Shown in pieces: positions 14,032 to 24,159 of a stretch of 34,512 nt of DNA. Made by a program: the position numbers and the translations under genes. The notes beneath the pieces are model-generated. The model saw nothing but the letters and a program-made list of their open reading frames with translations. It searched no databases and was not told the origin of the DNA. Numbering within the stretch: position 1 is the first letter of the stretch; every line of letters starts with the position of its first letter. Source of the stretch: an uncultured bacterium (lineage in GTDB: Bacteria; Planctomycetota; DG-23; SLPQ01); contig CALMGO010000489.1 in NCBI GenBank assembly GCA_937863625.1, positions 1-34,512 on the forward strand, written 5' to 3'.

Positions 14032-16332
14032 ATGCTTCAGAAAACCACGCGTTTCGGCCTCAAGGGCCATTACCACATCGTCTACCTGCGCAAGGACGGC
14101 ACGGGCCTGTGCTCCGTCAGCAAGGGACACCAGCACGGCGTCATGGTGCAGCCGCCCGCCATGGACCCTATGACCGGGGAGGAGACGGGCCAGCCGTCTT
14201 GGGTGCTGGAAGAGGTGGACGGTCACACGCACGAACTGGCGGGCAACGTGGACTTCATCGACGCCAAGGACGGCCTGGAAGACGATAAGGCCCGTGTGGA
14301 GCTCGTGCGTTCATGCTTCCGCAAGGACGAGGAATACGAGCGCGAGAGTCGCAAGAAGGGTGAGGAGTCCGATAAGTTTTACCGGGGCGAGCAGTGGGAC
14401 GAGGCGGACAAGTCGGCACTGGAAGACTCGGACCGCCCTGCCCTGGTGGTCAACCTTGTACAGCCTGCAATTGACGTTCTGGCGGGCTACCAGCGGCAGA
14501 ACCGCACCGATATTCGCTTTTTCCCCGTCGAGGAGGGTGACGCTAGAGTCGCGGACATCCTGACCAGCGTCGTCAAGCACGTGTGTGACAGGAACGATTT
14601 CCACTACACGGAATCCGCCGTTTTCGAGGATCAGGCCATCGTGGGGCGCGGGTTCTACCACTGTTTCGCAGACTATGACCGGGACATTCGCGGCGAAGTG
14701 GTGGTTGAAAAGTACAATTGGGACGATGTGTACCTTGCCCCGCATGAGCGCATCGACTTGGGCGACTGCGAACGCCTTATCAAGGCCAAGTGGTATAAGC
14801 TGGATCGTGTCAAACAGCAGTACCCCGACAAGGCCGAAGACCTGTCCAGCGACTTCGAGACGACCCTTCAGGGTGGCAAGGAGGAGCGCGAATACTCCGG
14901 GAGGCAGGGTGACCAGTACGAAAGCGAATCCAAGGCGTCCACAAGCAACAACCCCGCCCTGGTGAACCTTCGCAAGAACGAAGTGCGCGTGCTGGAGATG
15001 GAACGCAGGCTTTACCAGCGCAACCCGGTATTTGTGTTTCAGGAAGACGATTACGTGCTGTCCGGGTCCGGGTGGAAGCCCGCCGACGTGGGTCAAGTGA
15101 AGACCATCCCCGGATTTACGGTGGTAGAGCGTCCCGCCAACCGCATGCAGCGGCTTAAGGTCGCTGGCGGCGTCCTGCTCGAAAACGAGATTATCGACAG
15201 CGAAGAATTTAGCGTGATCCCGGCCTACGCCAAGCGACGCGGCCATGGATTTTGGGGGAAGGTCGAAGGGGCCAAAGACCCGCAGCGCGAGGTCAACAAG
15301 CGGCACTCGCAGGGCGTGGACATCGTCAACAAGATGACAAACCACATGTGGTTTTACGATCAGACCACATTTGCGGACGCTAGGGAAGAGAAGAAGTTCG
15401 AGGAGGGCGCGTCCCGGCCCGGCCTGAAGGTCAAGCTCCAGAAGACAGAACGCCCGCCGCTGCGCCAGGACGGTGCTCCCGTTCCGCAGGGCGTGGTCGA
15501 GATGGAGCAGAACGCCGTCGAGAAGCTTCAGGCCATCCTCGCGGTCAACCCGGCGCTGTTGGGCTCTCCCGGTGCGGGGCAGCAGAGCGGGCTTGCCATC
15601 GTGGAGGGCAAGAAGGCTGCGCTGACGGGCAACGAGTTCCTTTTCGATAACCTCTCTTACGCCAAGCGCAGGCTTGCCCTGCGGCTAGTGAAGCTGATCC
15701 AGCAAGTCTACACGCCTGAGCGCATGTTGCGCCTGCTGGTGAACATGGACGCGCGCCAACCCGTCGAGGTGGGCGGGCAACCGTTGCAGCAGTACCAGCC
15801 GGAAGAGTTGATAGCCTTGCTCGAAAACGTGGACTTGACCAAGTACGACGTCTCTGTGGGCGAATCCGCCGCTAGCCCCACCGTCCGCCTTGCCAACTAC
15901 ACCATGCTTACCGAGATGGCTGGCAAGGGCCTGCCGATCCCCCCGGATATGGTCATCGAGGCCAGCCCGATGCCTGACGAGATGAAGCAGAAGGCCATGA
16001 AAAGCCTCCAGGCGTCCCAGCAGGCCGCAGCCGCAGCCGAGGACAAGAAGTATCAGATGGAAATCGGCAAGACGGCCATCGCCAAGGGCAACGCAGGCCC
16101 AGAAGGGGGCCAGCCCGGCCAGCCGCAGCAGCCCGAAGGCATGACGCCGGAAGTATACATGAAGATGCAACTTGACATGGCGAAGCTACAACTTGAGCGC
16201 GACAAGTTCGAACTGGAGAAGGCCACAGCCATGGGCGAAATGGAGCTTGAGCGCGAAAAGATCGCCATGGAGCGAGAAAAAATGCAAGTTGAACGCGAAA
16301 AACCTGCGCAGGGGATAAATGTAGCCGCATAG
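14032..16332 (+). CDS. portal protein
   Basis: Portal-type segment DRPALVVNLVQPAIDVLAGYQRQNRTDIRF, large size, position between TerL and scaffold, and an E/K/M-rich coiled-coil C-terminus. ATG 14032 is preceded by AGAGGAA; GTG 14011 is the alternative. Confidence 0.85.
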   Translation: MLQKTTRFGLKGHYHIVYLRKDGTGLCSVSKGHQHGVMVQPPAMDPMTGEETGQPSWVLEEVDGHTHELAGNVDFIDAKDGLEDDKARVELVRSCFRKDEEYERESRKKGEESDKFYRGEQWDEADKSALEDSDRPALVVNLVQPAIDVLAGYQRQNRTDIRFFPVEEGDARVADILTSVVKHVCDRNDFHYTESAVFEDQAIVGRGFYHCFADYDRDIRGEVVVEKYNWDDVYLAPHERIDLGDCERLIKAKWYKLDRVKQQYPDKAEDLSSDFETTLQGGKEEREYSGRQGDQYESESKASTSNNPALVNLRKNEVRVLEMERRLYQRNPVFVFQEDDYVLSGSGWKPADVGQVKTIPGFTVVERPANRMQRLKVAGGVLLENEIIDSEEFSVIPAYAKRRGHGFWGKVEGAKDPQREVNKRHSQGVDIVNKMTNHMWFYDQTTFADAREEKKFEEGASRPGLKVKLQKTERPPLRQDGAPVPQGVVEMEQNAVEKLQAILAVNPALLGSPGAGQQSGLAIVEGKKAALTGNEFLFDNLSYAKRRLALRLVKLIQQVYTPERMLRLLVNMDARQPVEVGGQPLQQYQPEELIALLENVDLTKYDVSVGESAASPTVRLANYTMLTEMAGKGLPIPPDMVIEASPMPDEMKQKAMKSLQASQQAAAAAEDKKYQMEIGKTAIAKGNAGPEGGQPGQPQQPEGMTPEVYMKMQLDMAKLQLERDKFELEKATAMGEMELEREKIAMEREKMQVEREKPAQGINVAA

Positions 16333-16375
16333 CACTGCATCGGTTTGAATTTTAACTGCCTCAAAACATAAAATG

Positions 16376-16409
16376 AGCGCCAAGTCCGCAAGGGTTTGGC
16401 GCTTTTTTG
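16376..16409 (+). terminator. intrinsic terminator between portal and scaffold genes (bidirectional shape)
   Basis: AGCGCCAA (16376-16383) pairs with TTGGCGCT (16396-16403), 12-nt loop, followed by TTTTTT. The upstream side is also A/T rich. Confidence 0.65.
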
Positions 16410-16482
16410 CGTCTGTTGCGGACCTCAGTTGACCAAGAAGACGCGGCATTGCCGTGCTTGGAATACATCATCGGAGGACCGC

Positions 16483-17385
16483 TTGAACAGCGCCGAAAAT
16501 CTCATTGAACATGACTCTGACGTAATTGAACTCAGCGATGCTGACCTTGAACAAGCCGTTTCAGGTCAGGCCACCCCGCCCGACACCACTGTTGAAACCA
16601 AACAGCCGGAGTCTCCCGAAGTGGAGGCCACCCCCGGCGCTCCGAAGGAAGAACCCGCACCGGCCCCGTCGCTGGAGACGCTTCAGAACAAAGTGAAGAC
16701 GCTCAAGGAGCAGTACGAGCGGCAACTGAAGTCGAACACAGACAAAGAGCGGTTCATCCAGCGTCAGGCCAACGAACTAGGCCAGCTGCGCCAGCTGAAG
16801 GCCGCCCTTCAGACCCGCCGCGCAGAGTTGGCCGGAATCGACCCGGCAAAGCAGTTCATCGAAAGCCCCCACGCCTTCAGGGAGTCCCTGGCGGAATCGA
16901 CGCGCCTTGAAGCGCAGATAGCCCAGGTGGAGCACGCCGAACAGCAGGCCACGCAGCAAGAGCAGCACAGGGCGATCCAGCAGCGCAACTTTGACGCGCT
17001 CCAGGAGCACGCGCCCGATCTCCCGGACCTGATGCCGGACATGCTCGAATTCCTGCGCGAGAAAGGGAAGGACGACCCGCAATCTATCGCGGCCTTCCAG
17101 GCAAACCCGTTCGCGTTCCCCGCCCACAACGTCCTGGCGATTGCCGAAGCCGTCCGCGCCCGCCGCGAGATGAAGGCCTTACAGGCGCAACTCGACGCCG
17201 CGAAGAAGCAGCCCGCCGAACTCCTGTCCCGCATCGAATCTGCCGCCAAGTCCAAGCCTATGCAGAACGCCGCAGGCGGAACTGCAACACAGGGCGGCAT
17301 CAAGGGTGTTGGGAATCTATCGGACATACAAATCAGGAATCTTTCAACGAAAGAGCTGGACGATCTGTTGTCCAGCCTCAAATAA
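16483..17385 (+). CDS. scaffolding protein
   Basis: Acidic, Q/E/A/L-rich coiled-coil protein between portal and capsid genes. TTG 16483 follows GGAGGA (16473-16478). The track start 16396 would lie inside the terminator hairpin. Confidence 0.65.
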   Translation: MNSAENLIEHDSDVIELSDADLEQAVSGQATPPDTTVETKQPESPEVEATPGAPKEEPAPAPSLETLQNKVKTLKEQYERQLKSNTDKERFIQRQANELGQLRQLKAALQTRRAELAGIDPAKQFIESPHAFRESLAESTRLEAQIAQVEHAEQQATQQEQHRAIQQRNFDALQEHAPDLPDLMPDMLEFLREKGKDDPQSIAAFQANPFAFPAHNVLAIAEAVRARREMKALQAQLDAAKKQPAELLSRIESAAKSKPMQNAAGGTATQGGIKGVGNLSDIQIRNLSTKELDDLLSSLK

Positions 17386-17397
17386 GGAATAAGCCAC

Positions 17398-18417
17398 ATG
17401 GCTAAGACCGCTTTTGCGACTGGTAACGCGCTTACCAAAAAGCTCTATGAAGAGAAGCTCTTCAGAGACACCGTCAAGGAAACATACTTTTCCAAGTTCA
17501 TGGGCGAAGGTGCGGATTCCCTGGTGCAGGTCAACAATTCGCTGACCAAGGATCAGGGCGATAACGTCAAGTTCGGCATTCGCATGCGCCTGTCCGGAAC
17601 TGGCGTCACTTCGGGCCAGACCCTTGAGGGCAACGAAGAAAGCCTGACCTCCTACGACTACAGCGTGTCGCTGGAGCAGTACCGCCACGCCGTGCGCGAT
17701 GCGGGAGCCCTGGATCGCCAGCGGGCCGTGTTCTCCATCGACACCGAGTCTGAGTCCGCCTTGAAGGATTGGGGCGCGGAGAAGATCGACAAGCTGTGCT
17801 TTGACGCGCTGTTCGCCGGGCCGACCAAAATCTTTTACAAGACTTCGTCCGGCGTGCTGGCTACCGGAACCGCCGCCACCGCCAAGTCTGCTCTGACCGC
17901 CGCCGACTCCAAGCTGACCATCCCTATGCTTCAGCACATCCGCACTTGGTGTCTGACTGGCGGCAACCGCAGCCAAACCCCGCTGCGCCCCATCAAGGTC
18001 GATGGCAAGAACCACTTCGTGCTGTTGGTGCATCCTGACGTTGCCTACGACATCAAGCAGGACAGCACTTATGCCGGGTACATGCAGTACGCCCAGGAGC
18101 GCGGCAAGGACAACCCGCTGTTCACCGGTTCCGTGGCCGTAGTTGACGGCATCGTGATCCATGCCCACGAAAACGCCCCCATCGCTACCGATGGTGGTTC
18201 CGGGTCTATCGCGTGGTCGCAGGCCTCGGTCATGGGCGCTCAGTCGCTGTGCTGGGCTTGGGGTCAGCGTCCGAAGCTCGTCGCGAAGAACTTCGACTAC
18301 GACAACGAGCACGGCTACAGCTGGGGCCTTATCGCTGGTGTCGGCGCTCCGAAGTTCAACTCCACCATCTACGGGTCCGTGGGCGTCTACCTGTCCCGCA
18401 CCAACATCAGCGGCTAA
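17398..18417 (+). CDS. major capsid protein (N4-gp56-family-like, HK97 fold)
   Basis: N-terminal KKLYEEKLFRDTVKETYFSKFMGEG...DQGDNVKFGIRMRLSGTGVTSGQTLEGNEESL...EQYRHAV matches my memory of that capsid family. Position is after the scaffold gene. Confidence 0.85.
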   Translation: MAKTAFATGNALTKKLYEEKLFRDTVKETYFSKFMGEGADSLVQVNNSLTKDQGDNVKFGIRMRLSGTGVTSGQTLEGNEESLTSYDYSVSLEQYRHAVRDAGALDRQRAVFSIDTESESALKDWGAEKIDKLCFDALFAGPTKIFYKTSSGVLATGTAATAKSALTAADSKLTIPMLQHIRTWCLTGGNRSQTPLRPIKVDGKNHFVLLVHPDVAYDIKQDSTYAGYMQYAQERGKDNPLFTGSVAVVDGIVIHAHENAPIATDGGSGSIAWSQASVMGAQSLCWAWGQRPKLVAKNFDYDNEHGYSWGLIAGVGAPKFNSTIYGSVGVYLSRTNISG

Positions 18418-18430
18418 GGGGGCTGAATAA

Positions 18431-18847
18431 ATGGGAACCATTACCACTTTCGTTACTGGCAAGCAGGAACAGAAGAAGCTCGGCAATGACTATGTGTTCG
18501 TCTCCGTGCTGCTCGACTTTACCGTGAAGGCTGGCGCGGCTGGTGACGTTGTGCAGGCCCTGAAAATCCCCGCTGGCGCATTGGTTGATGAAGTGTTTTG
18601 CGTGGTGAAGACCGCGCAGGGTGCTACCTGCACCGCCACCGTGGGTGACGGTGACGCCGCCGCTGGTTGGGATGCCTCCGTGAACCTCAACGCAGCCGCC
18701 AACACCACCACCTCCGCCCTGGAGGGAACTGACGCATACGCCGTGGGCAAGTATTACGCCTCGGCTGACACCATTGACCTCGTGCTCGGCCACACCACCG
18801 ACGCGGCCAAGATTTACGTCGCGGCCCGTTACGCCATGATCGGCTAG
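18431..18847 (+). CDS. putative capsid decoration/cement protein
   Basis: 138-aa beta-rich, A/G/T/V-rich protein immediately after the capsid gene. Confidence 0.45.
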   Translation: MGTITTFVTGKQEQKKLGNDYVFVSVLLDFTVKAGAAGDVVQALKIPAGALVDEVFCVVKTAQGATCTATVGDGDAAAGWDASVNLNAAANTTTSALEGTDAYAVGKYYASADTIDLVLGHTTDAAKIYVAARYAMIG

Positions 18848-18858
18848 CAACCGTAAAA

Positions 18859-18884
18859 GGGCCGGGGGAGCAATCTCCCGGCCC
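18859..18884 (+). terminator. GC-rich hairpin after the capsid/decoration genes (no clear T tract)
   Basis: GGGCCGGGGGAG-CAAT-CTCCCGGCCC with a 2-nt bulge, followed by ACTTGAGG. May be a stabiliser rather than a terminator. Confidence 0.35.
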
Positions 18885-18898
18885 ACTTGAGGACTCAT

Positions 18899-19510
18899 AT
18901 GAGCACGGTTGCAAATGTCGTGGCACTCGCCAAACTCTACGGCGATTACGATTCTACCCGATTCACTGACCCCGAACTGGCCCTGCTGGTCGGCCAAGCC
19001 GTGCAGCGGGTTAACCACCTTTTCTACCAGAATGACATAGCACTTGGTACGAGTTTGTACACGTTTGACACCATCCCTGGAGAGTCTGTCTATCCGCTTC
19101 CTGTCGACTACATGGCCCCGGCACAGGGCCTTTATCGTTCCGACTTGAAACAGCGGCTCGAACTTATCGGGACAGACGATTGGGAGCAACGCGGTGCACC
19201 TGGGGAGATGCGATACTGGCGCGTGTGGGACGGTGATGTGTACATAGCCGGAACACCAAACGGCATAGTTGGCATGAACCTGTACTATTTCCCGATTGTT
19301 GACACATCAGAATATACGACATCCACAGAAATGCCGTGGGACGGGAAGATGGATGCTCCAATAGCGCGCTACATGTTCATGCTCGCGGCGAACATAGACG
19401 AAATGGACGTTACGTTCGACTCAAAGATTCTTGCAGACATAGAGGCACTGCACCTCAACACATACAGCAGCGGCACGCCGAACAACAAGAACGTGCAAGG
19501 GTGGGCGTAA
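18899..19510 (+). CDS. virion structural protein (head-tail adaptor candidate)
   Basis: GAGGA 5 nt before ATG 18899. First gene after the head genes. TAATG overlap with the next gene. Confidence 0.55.
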   Translation: MSTVANVVALAKLYGDYDSTRFTDPELALLVGQAVQRVNHLFYQNDIALGTSLYTFDTIPGESVYPLPVDYMAPAQGLYRSDLKQRLELIGTDDWEQRGAPGEMRYWRVWDGDVYIAGTPNGIVGMNLYYFPIVDTSEYTTSTEMPWDGKMDAPIARYMFMLAANIDEMDVTFDSKILADIEALHLNTYSSGTPNNKNVQGWA

Positions 19511-19977
19511 TGGACGGCTTTCTTGGACAGCCTATGCAGATGATCCCGCAGGAACAGCGTCAGCCGTTCGATGAAAACGCCTTCAACCAGCAGTTCATGG
19601 CTGCGGCCATGCAGGGCATGGGGCAAGACCCTCTCGACCGCCTGAGCACGGCGGCAGCGATGAACCAGCAGAAGCGGTACAACGCGAATAGGGCCTCCTG
19701 GGACGACCTGTTGCAGAGCGGTGGAGAACTGCCCCGCGACCCGTCCATGTACGACTCCCAGACTGGCGAGTTTGTGCCTGCCGCGCAGCGGTACGCTCAG
19801 AGCGCGAAACTTCAGGCGGATGACGGCAGCTTTTACGAAACCAAGTTCACGCCTGCCGGGATGATCGGCCAGGGTACGGGCCAGCAGATGCCGTGGGACG
19901 CCGACCCTCAGTGGCTGGACAACGTCAAACGCGGATATCAGCAGTACGGCCCCGGATTCCTCGGGGGCGTGTTCTAA
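19510..19977 (+). CDS. virion structural protein, Q/M-rich (155 aa)
   Basis: Translationally coupled within the structural operon. No recognisable motif. Confidence 0.55.
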   Translation: MDGFLGQPMQMIPQEQRQPFDENAFNQQFMAAAMQGMGQDPLDRLSTAAAMNQQKRYNANRASWDDLLQSGGELPRDPSMYDSQTGEFVPAAQRYAQSAKLQADDGSFYETKFTPAGMIGQGTGQQMPWDADPQWLDNVKRGYQQYGPGFLGGVF

Positions 19978-21477
19978 ATGGCGCGCAGGTCCGCCAAGCA
20001 CGACCCGCAGAGCATCACCGATATCACGGTGCGCTTCGGTGGCGGGCTGAACCTTGCGGAGGCCCCTACGGCCATCCCTGACGGGCAGCTGCTTGAGGCC
20101 TTGAACGTCGTCTACCAGGACGGCGAGGCTACCCCAGCCACGCGCCCCGGCCTGCTGTTCGGGGCCGCTGCGGTGTCTGGCACGCCTGCGATCACACGCC
20201 TGCACTACTATGTGAAAAGCTCCACCGAGGCGTGGCTTGTGGGGGCGTTCTCCGATTCCACGCTGCGCTATTACGACTCGGGCGCATGGACGACCATCGA
20301 CACTTTGTCTGGCACGGCTTCCACCTCCCCCGCCCTACGCACCTACAACAGCCGCTTGCTGGTGGCTAGCGGCGATCCTGCGGGCCTTTCGTATTGGGAC
20401 GGCACAACCTTCGCCGCAATCGCCAGCAGCCCCAAAGCGGACGCCCTGCACGAAATGGCGGGCCGCCTGGTGGCGAACAGTTCGGACGACCTGGACGGCG
20501 TGTACCTGTGCGCTCCGGAAGACGAGACGAAGTGGCTCACGGTTGACGGAGCTGCGTTCTTCCGCGCCGGATATCGTGACGGCCTGCGCGTCAACGGTTT
20601 CGGCGGCATTGGGTCCGACCTCATAGTATTCAAGGCTGGAACGGACGGAAACACGGTCTACCGCCTCAACACGGCTGGCGCGTCCACCGGGTGGAGCATC
20701 GAGGCCCTGTCGTCCGGGCAAACGCTATCAGGACCGCACGCGGTTGAGTTCGTGGGAAACAACCTGCTGTTTGGCACCGAGTTCGGGATAATGGACCTGT
20801 CCGGCGTGCAGGAATACGGCGATTTGCGCGTGGGAAGCGTCGGCAAGCCCATAAACCCGGCCCTGAACGGCAAGACCGTCCGCGAAATCCGGCACATCCC
20901 GTCGCGTGGCTACACGTTGGTGTTCATTGTCGATGACCCCAACGTTTACGTCTATCACCCCCTGCTGACCGCCTGGACGCGCCTCAACTTCCAGAACCTG
21001 CGCTTCTACACGGCCTGCCAAACCCCGGACGGAGTGTACCTGGGCGGTGAGAGCGGCGTGCTTTACCTGCTGTCGTCCAGCGACGGGCGCGACGAGACTG
21101 CGGACGGCGTGTTTGAAGACTATCAAATGCTAATCCGCACGAAGCTGTTCGCGTTCCCCTACGATGTTGTGTTGCGCCGCAGCATGGTAAACTTTGAGGT
21201 GCTGACCAACAGCACCGGGTGTTTGTGCATTCTATCCCGCGACCTCATTACGTCAAAGAGCCTGTTGTCATGGACAGCAGAGGCTGGTCAGACGTCTCTT
21301 TTCGATTGGAACGAGCAGCTTGCAGACGCAACGTGGAAGCTCGGCGCGAACACGCAGGATTATTTGACCTCATACAGCCGGGCGCGTGAACGCTCGCTTG
21401 CATTCCAGATTTCAACAACCACGGGACGCCTCAAGATACGCGAGATAATCGCGCAGGTTGCGGCGGTGAACGGGTGA
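19978..21477 (+). CDS. putative tail tubular/nozzle protein (beta-rich, propeller-like repeats)
   Basis: 499 aa with repeated hydrophobic-G-x-W/Y beta-strand patterns. Positioned between the adaptor candidates and the ejection-type proteins. Confidence 0.45.
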   Translation: MARRSAKHDPQSITDITVRFGGGLNLAEAPTAIPDGQLLEALNVVYQDGEATPATRPGLLFGAAAVSGTPAITRLHYYVKSSTEAWLVGAFSDSTLRYYDSGAWTTIDTLSGTASTSPALRTYNSRLLVASGDPAGLSYWDGTTFAAIASSPKADALHEMAGRLVANSSDDLDGVYLCAPEDETKWLTVDGAAFFRAGYRDGLRVNGFGGIGSDLIVFKAGTDGNTVYRLNTAGASTGWSIEALSSGQTLSGPHAVEFVGNNLLFGTEFGIMDLSGVQEYGDLRVGSVGKPINPALNGKTVREIRHIPSRGYTLVFIVDDPNVYVYHPLLTAWTRLNFQNLRFYTACQTPDGVYLGGESGVLYLLSSSDGRDETADGVFEDYQMLIRTKLFAFPYDVVLRRSMVNFEVLTNSTGCLCILSRDLITSKSLLSWTAEAGQTSLFDWNEQLADATWKLGANTQDYLTSYSRARERSLAFQISTTTGRLKIREIIAQVAAVNG

Positions 21478-21481
21478 TCGA

Positions 21482-22549
21482 ATGAGCAGCATTGCATCTA
21501 CTGTGGGGGCGATGAACGTATACAACTCTGCCGGGAACGCTAACCCGTTCCAGGCGCAGCCGTATGCGGACTTGTCGCAGTGGTGGGGAAATAAGGCCCA
21601 GGCACCGACGCAGACCGCGTTGAACATCCCCAACTGGAACGACTGGAAGTTCCAGGTCTATGGGCAGGACGCTCCGACCTACCAGACATACGGAGCGGCT
21701 AATCCCGTGTACCAGGGGCTTTCCGGTGGTGATTACAACCGCCTCGAAGAGTCCCTGCGCACTCCTGGAGAGATTGCCGCACGCGAAGCCTACCGCACGG
21801 GTAGCAACACACTGGCCGACAACCTGGGCGGCAAGGGCGTGTACGGGTCCAGCCTCTACACCACCGAGCAGACAGACAACCTCGGAAAAACCTTCCAGAA
21901 TACGATGGCTGCGAACGCGGCCAACGCAGCGGCCAACCGCTACGGCATGCAGCAGAAAGACTTGATGTTCGGCACGCAGACCGACCTTGACGTGTTCGGC
22001 AAGCGCATGACCGAGAACAATGCGGCCCAACAGCAGGGCTGGAATTCGTGGAAGTCACGACTTGATGAGAACACCATCGGCCAGCAGCTTGGCGCGCAAG
22101 AGTCGTGGCGCAAGAACCAGTACGGGTTCGACAGTGCCTTGACCAACGCCAAGTGGACCGACACGCAGAATCAGCGTGCCATCGACTTCAGCAACTCGCT
22201 CGCCCAGGACTGGTGGAACGAGCAGAAGCGCAAGATGCAGTGGGACAGCAACCAGACGCAACAGGCGTTCGGCAATGCCATGACGCTTGCCGGGAACACT
22301 GACCACTTGAGCGATGCGCAGCGCAGCCAGCAGATTAGCAAGATGAGCCAGCAGGACAGCGGGTCCGGTGGCTTGCTTGGCGGCTTGGGTTCTGTGCTTG
22401 GCACTGCCGCCAGCTTCATCCCTGGCCTGGGTTCGATGTTTGGAGCTGGCACATCGACTGCTGGAAACATCGGCGGGCAGTCCATCAACAGCGGCCTGTC
22501 CGGAACAACCACCGGGCGGATTTCCTTCGGTGATACGCCGTACCTCTAG
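21482..22549 (+). CDS. internal virion/ejection-type protein, Q/N/W-rich
   Basis: Low-complexity Q/N/W-rich sequence with a Gly-rich hydrophobic C-terminus (GGLLGGLGSVLGTAASFIPGLGSMFGAG). Confidence 0.5.
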   Translation: MSSIASTVGAMNVYNSAGNANPFQAQPYADLSQWWGNKAQAPTQTALNIPNWNDWKFQVYGQDAPTYQTYGAANPVYQGLSGGDYNRLEESLRTPGEIAAREAYRTGSNTLADNLGGKGVYGSSLYTTEQTDNLGKTFQNTMAANAANAAANRYGMQQKDLMFGTQTDLDVFGKRMTENNAAQQQGWNSWKSRLDENTIGQQLGAQESWRKNQYGFDSALTNAKWTDTQNQRAIDFSNSLAQDWWNEQKRKMQWDSNQTQQAFGNAMTLAGNTDHLSDAQRSQQISKMSQQDSGSGGLLGGLGSVLGTAASFIPGLGSMFGAGTSTAGNIGGQSINSGLSGTTTGRISFGDTPYL

Positions 22550-22557
22550 GAGCGCGC

Positions 22558-24159
22558 ATGAGCACCCTTAACGACATCGGCGTGGGCCTCCTGGGCTTCA
22601 CCGGAGCCCTTAACCAGGGAATGGATCGCGCCTTGCGTCAGCGCATGTTCGAGCTTCAGGCCCGTGGCCTGGACCGCCAAGAGGCACTTGCGCGCTCGCA
22701 GATCGAGCTTGAGCAGCAGAAAATCAAGCAACAGCAGGCAGAGTTTGGCATCGCACAGGACTTCATGCGAGGCATGCAGCCCGGCCTGCTTGGTGCTCCC
22801 GCAACCCCCCAAGTAACCCAACAGGTCGCCCCTCAAGTGTCGACTGGCGGCAGCGGGTGGAACGCGAACAACCCCGGCAACATCCGCCCCGTGGGCGGGC
22901 AGGGGTTCAACACCTACGCCACGCCTGACGACGGTGCGCGGGCCATGTCCGACTTGCTCGGAACCTACGGGACAACGCACGGCATCAACACGCTTGTGGG
23001 TCTTACCTCCCGGTGGGCTCCCAAGGGCGATGGCGCGAACGACCCCACGGCCTACGCGCAGTTCCTCTCCAAGCAGATCGGCGGATACCCGATTGACGCC
23101 CCCATTGACCTGAACAACCCGGAATTCCGCGCCAAGTTGATGCAGGGCATGAGCCAGATGGAGACTGGCAAGCCCATGCCGCAGGACATGGCTATGCGGG
23201 CAGTTTCTCCCGGCGTCCAGGTCGCGCAGGCTGGCCCTCGCACGGTATCCGACGCTGGCGGTGCGCCTGCACAGCCGCAGGCCCCGTCCATGGGCAGCGG
23301 GGTCAGCCCATCACAGGTGAAGATGGCCTTGCAATACTCCATGGCCCCCGGAAAAGCTGGAGAAATGGCGCGGGGCTTCCTGTCCGCGAACAAGGCCGCT
23401 CTGGATATCCAGTATACCAGAAGCCCGGAGTATCAGTCGTGGTTGAAAACGCAAGAAGCCATCAACACGGCCAAGGGGACCATGCCTATCAAGTTGGAGG
23501 AGGATCGGTTGAAGCGCGAGGGTGAAGCCCAGACCCCGAAGATGAGCGACAACCTAAACTTCATCAACAATCTTGCCCCGCTGATCGCCAACGGAACGGC
23601 CACAGAAGAGCAGCAGAGACAGTACGCGCTGGCGTTCAATGCCGAGTATGGGAAAATTCAGGAGTTGCCGGACGGGTCGAAGGTCAGGCTAGCCCCGCCC
23701 CCTGGAAACGTACCAGCCCCCTCCGGTTGGGTGGCAGAACTGCCGGGTCAGAAGCCCCTGGGCCCCGCAGACGCTGGCAAGCAGGCGTCTTTCGTCCAGG
23801 CTGAAAAGATTGTGGCCGACGTTGAGGCCAAAATGTTCCCCGGCGGGAAGTTCGACCGGCAGACCATCCTGGCTATGCAATTCCCTACGTCGGACTCCGC
23901 AGCGATCAAGGACGACATCCGCAACGCCGTTGACAACATCATCAAGGCCCGTACCGGAGCAGCAGCGCCAGACCCCGAAATGAATCGCTATCTCGACATG
24001 TTCGTGCCGGGGCCGTTCGACTCGGAGGCTAGGGCAAGGAACAAGATAGCCCGGCTGAAGGAGTTCTTCAGGACTGCGCTCGACGTGACAAACAACAGGG
24101 GAGTCAACGGCGGTGGGGCACCGGCTGGCGGCAACAACGATCCCCTCGGAGTCCGCTAA
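22558..24159 (+). CDS. internal virion/ejection-type protein with NNPGNIR domain (possible cell-wall-active domain)
   Basis: GWNANNPGNIRPVGGQGFNTYATPDDGARAMSDLL...WAPKGDGANDP is a conserved virion-protein domain as I recall it. AGGAG RBS. Confidence 0.5.
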   Translation: MSTLNDIGVGLLGFTGALNQGMDRALRQRMFELQARGLDRQEALARSQIELEQQKIKQQQAEFGIAQDFMRGMQPGLLGAPATPQVTQQVAPQVSTGGSGWNANNPGNIRPVGGQGFNTYATPDDGARAMSDLLGTYGTTHGINTLVGLTSRWAPKGDGANDPTAYAQFLSKQIGGYPIDAPIDLNNPEFRAKLMQGMSQMETGKPMPQDMAMRAVSPGVQVAQAGPRTVSDAGGAPAQPQAPSMGSGVSPSQVKMALQYSMAPGKAGEMARGFLSANKAALDIQYTRSPEYQSWLKTQEAINTAKGTMPIKLEEDRLKREGEAQTPKMSDNLNFINNLAPLIANGTATEEQQRQYALAFNAEYGKIQELPDGSKVRLAPPPGNVPAPSGWVAELPGQKPLGPADAGKQASFVQAEKIVADVEAKMFPGGKFDRQTILAMQFPTSDSAAIKDDIRNAVDNIIKARTGAAAPDPEMNRYLDMFVPGPFDSEARARNKIARLKEFFRTALDVTNNRGVNGGGAPAGGNNDPLGVR

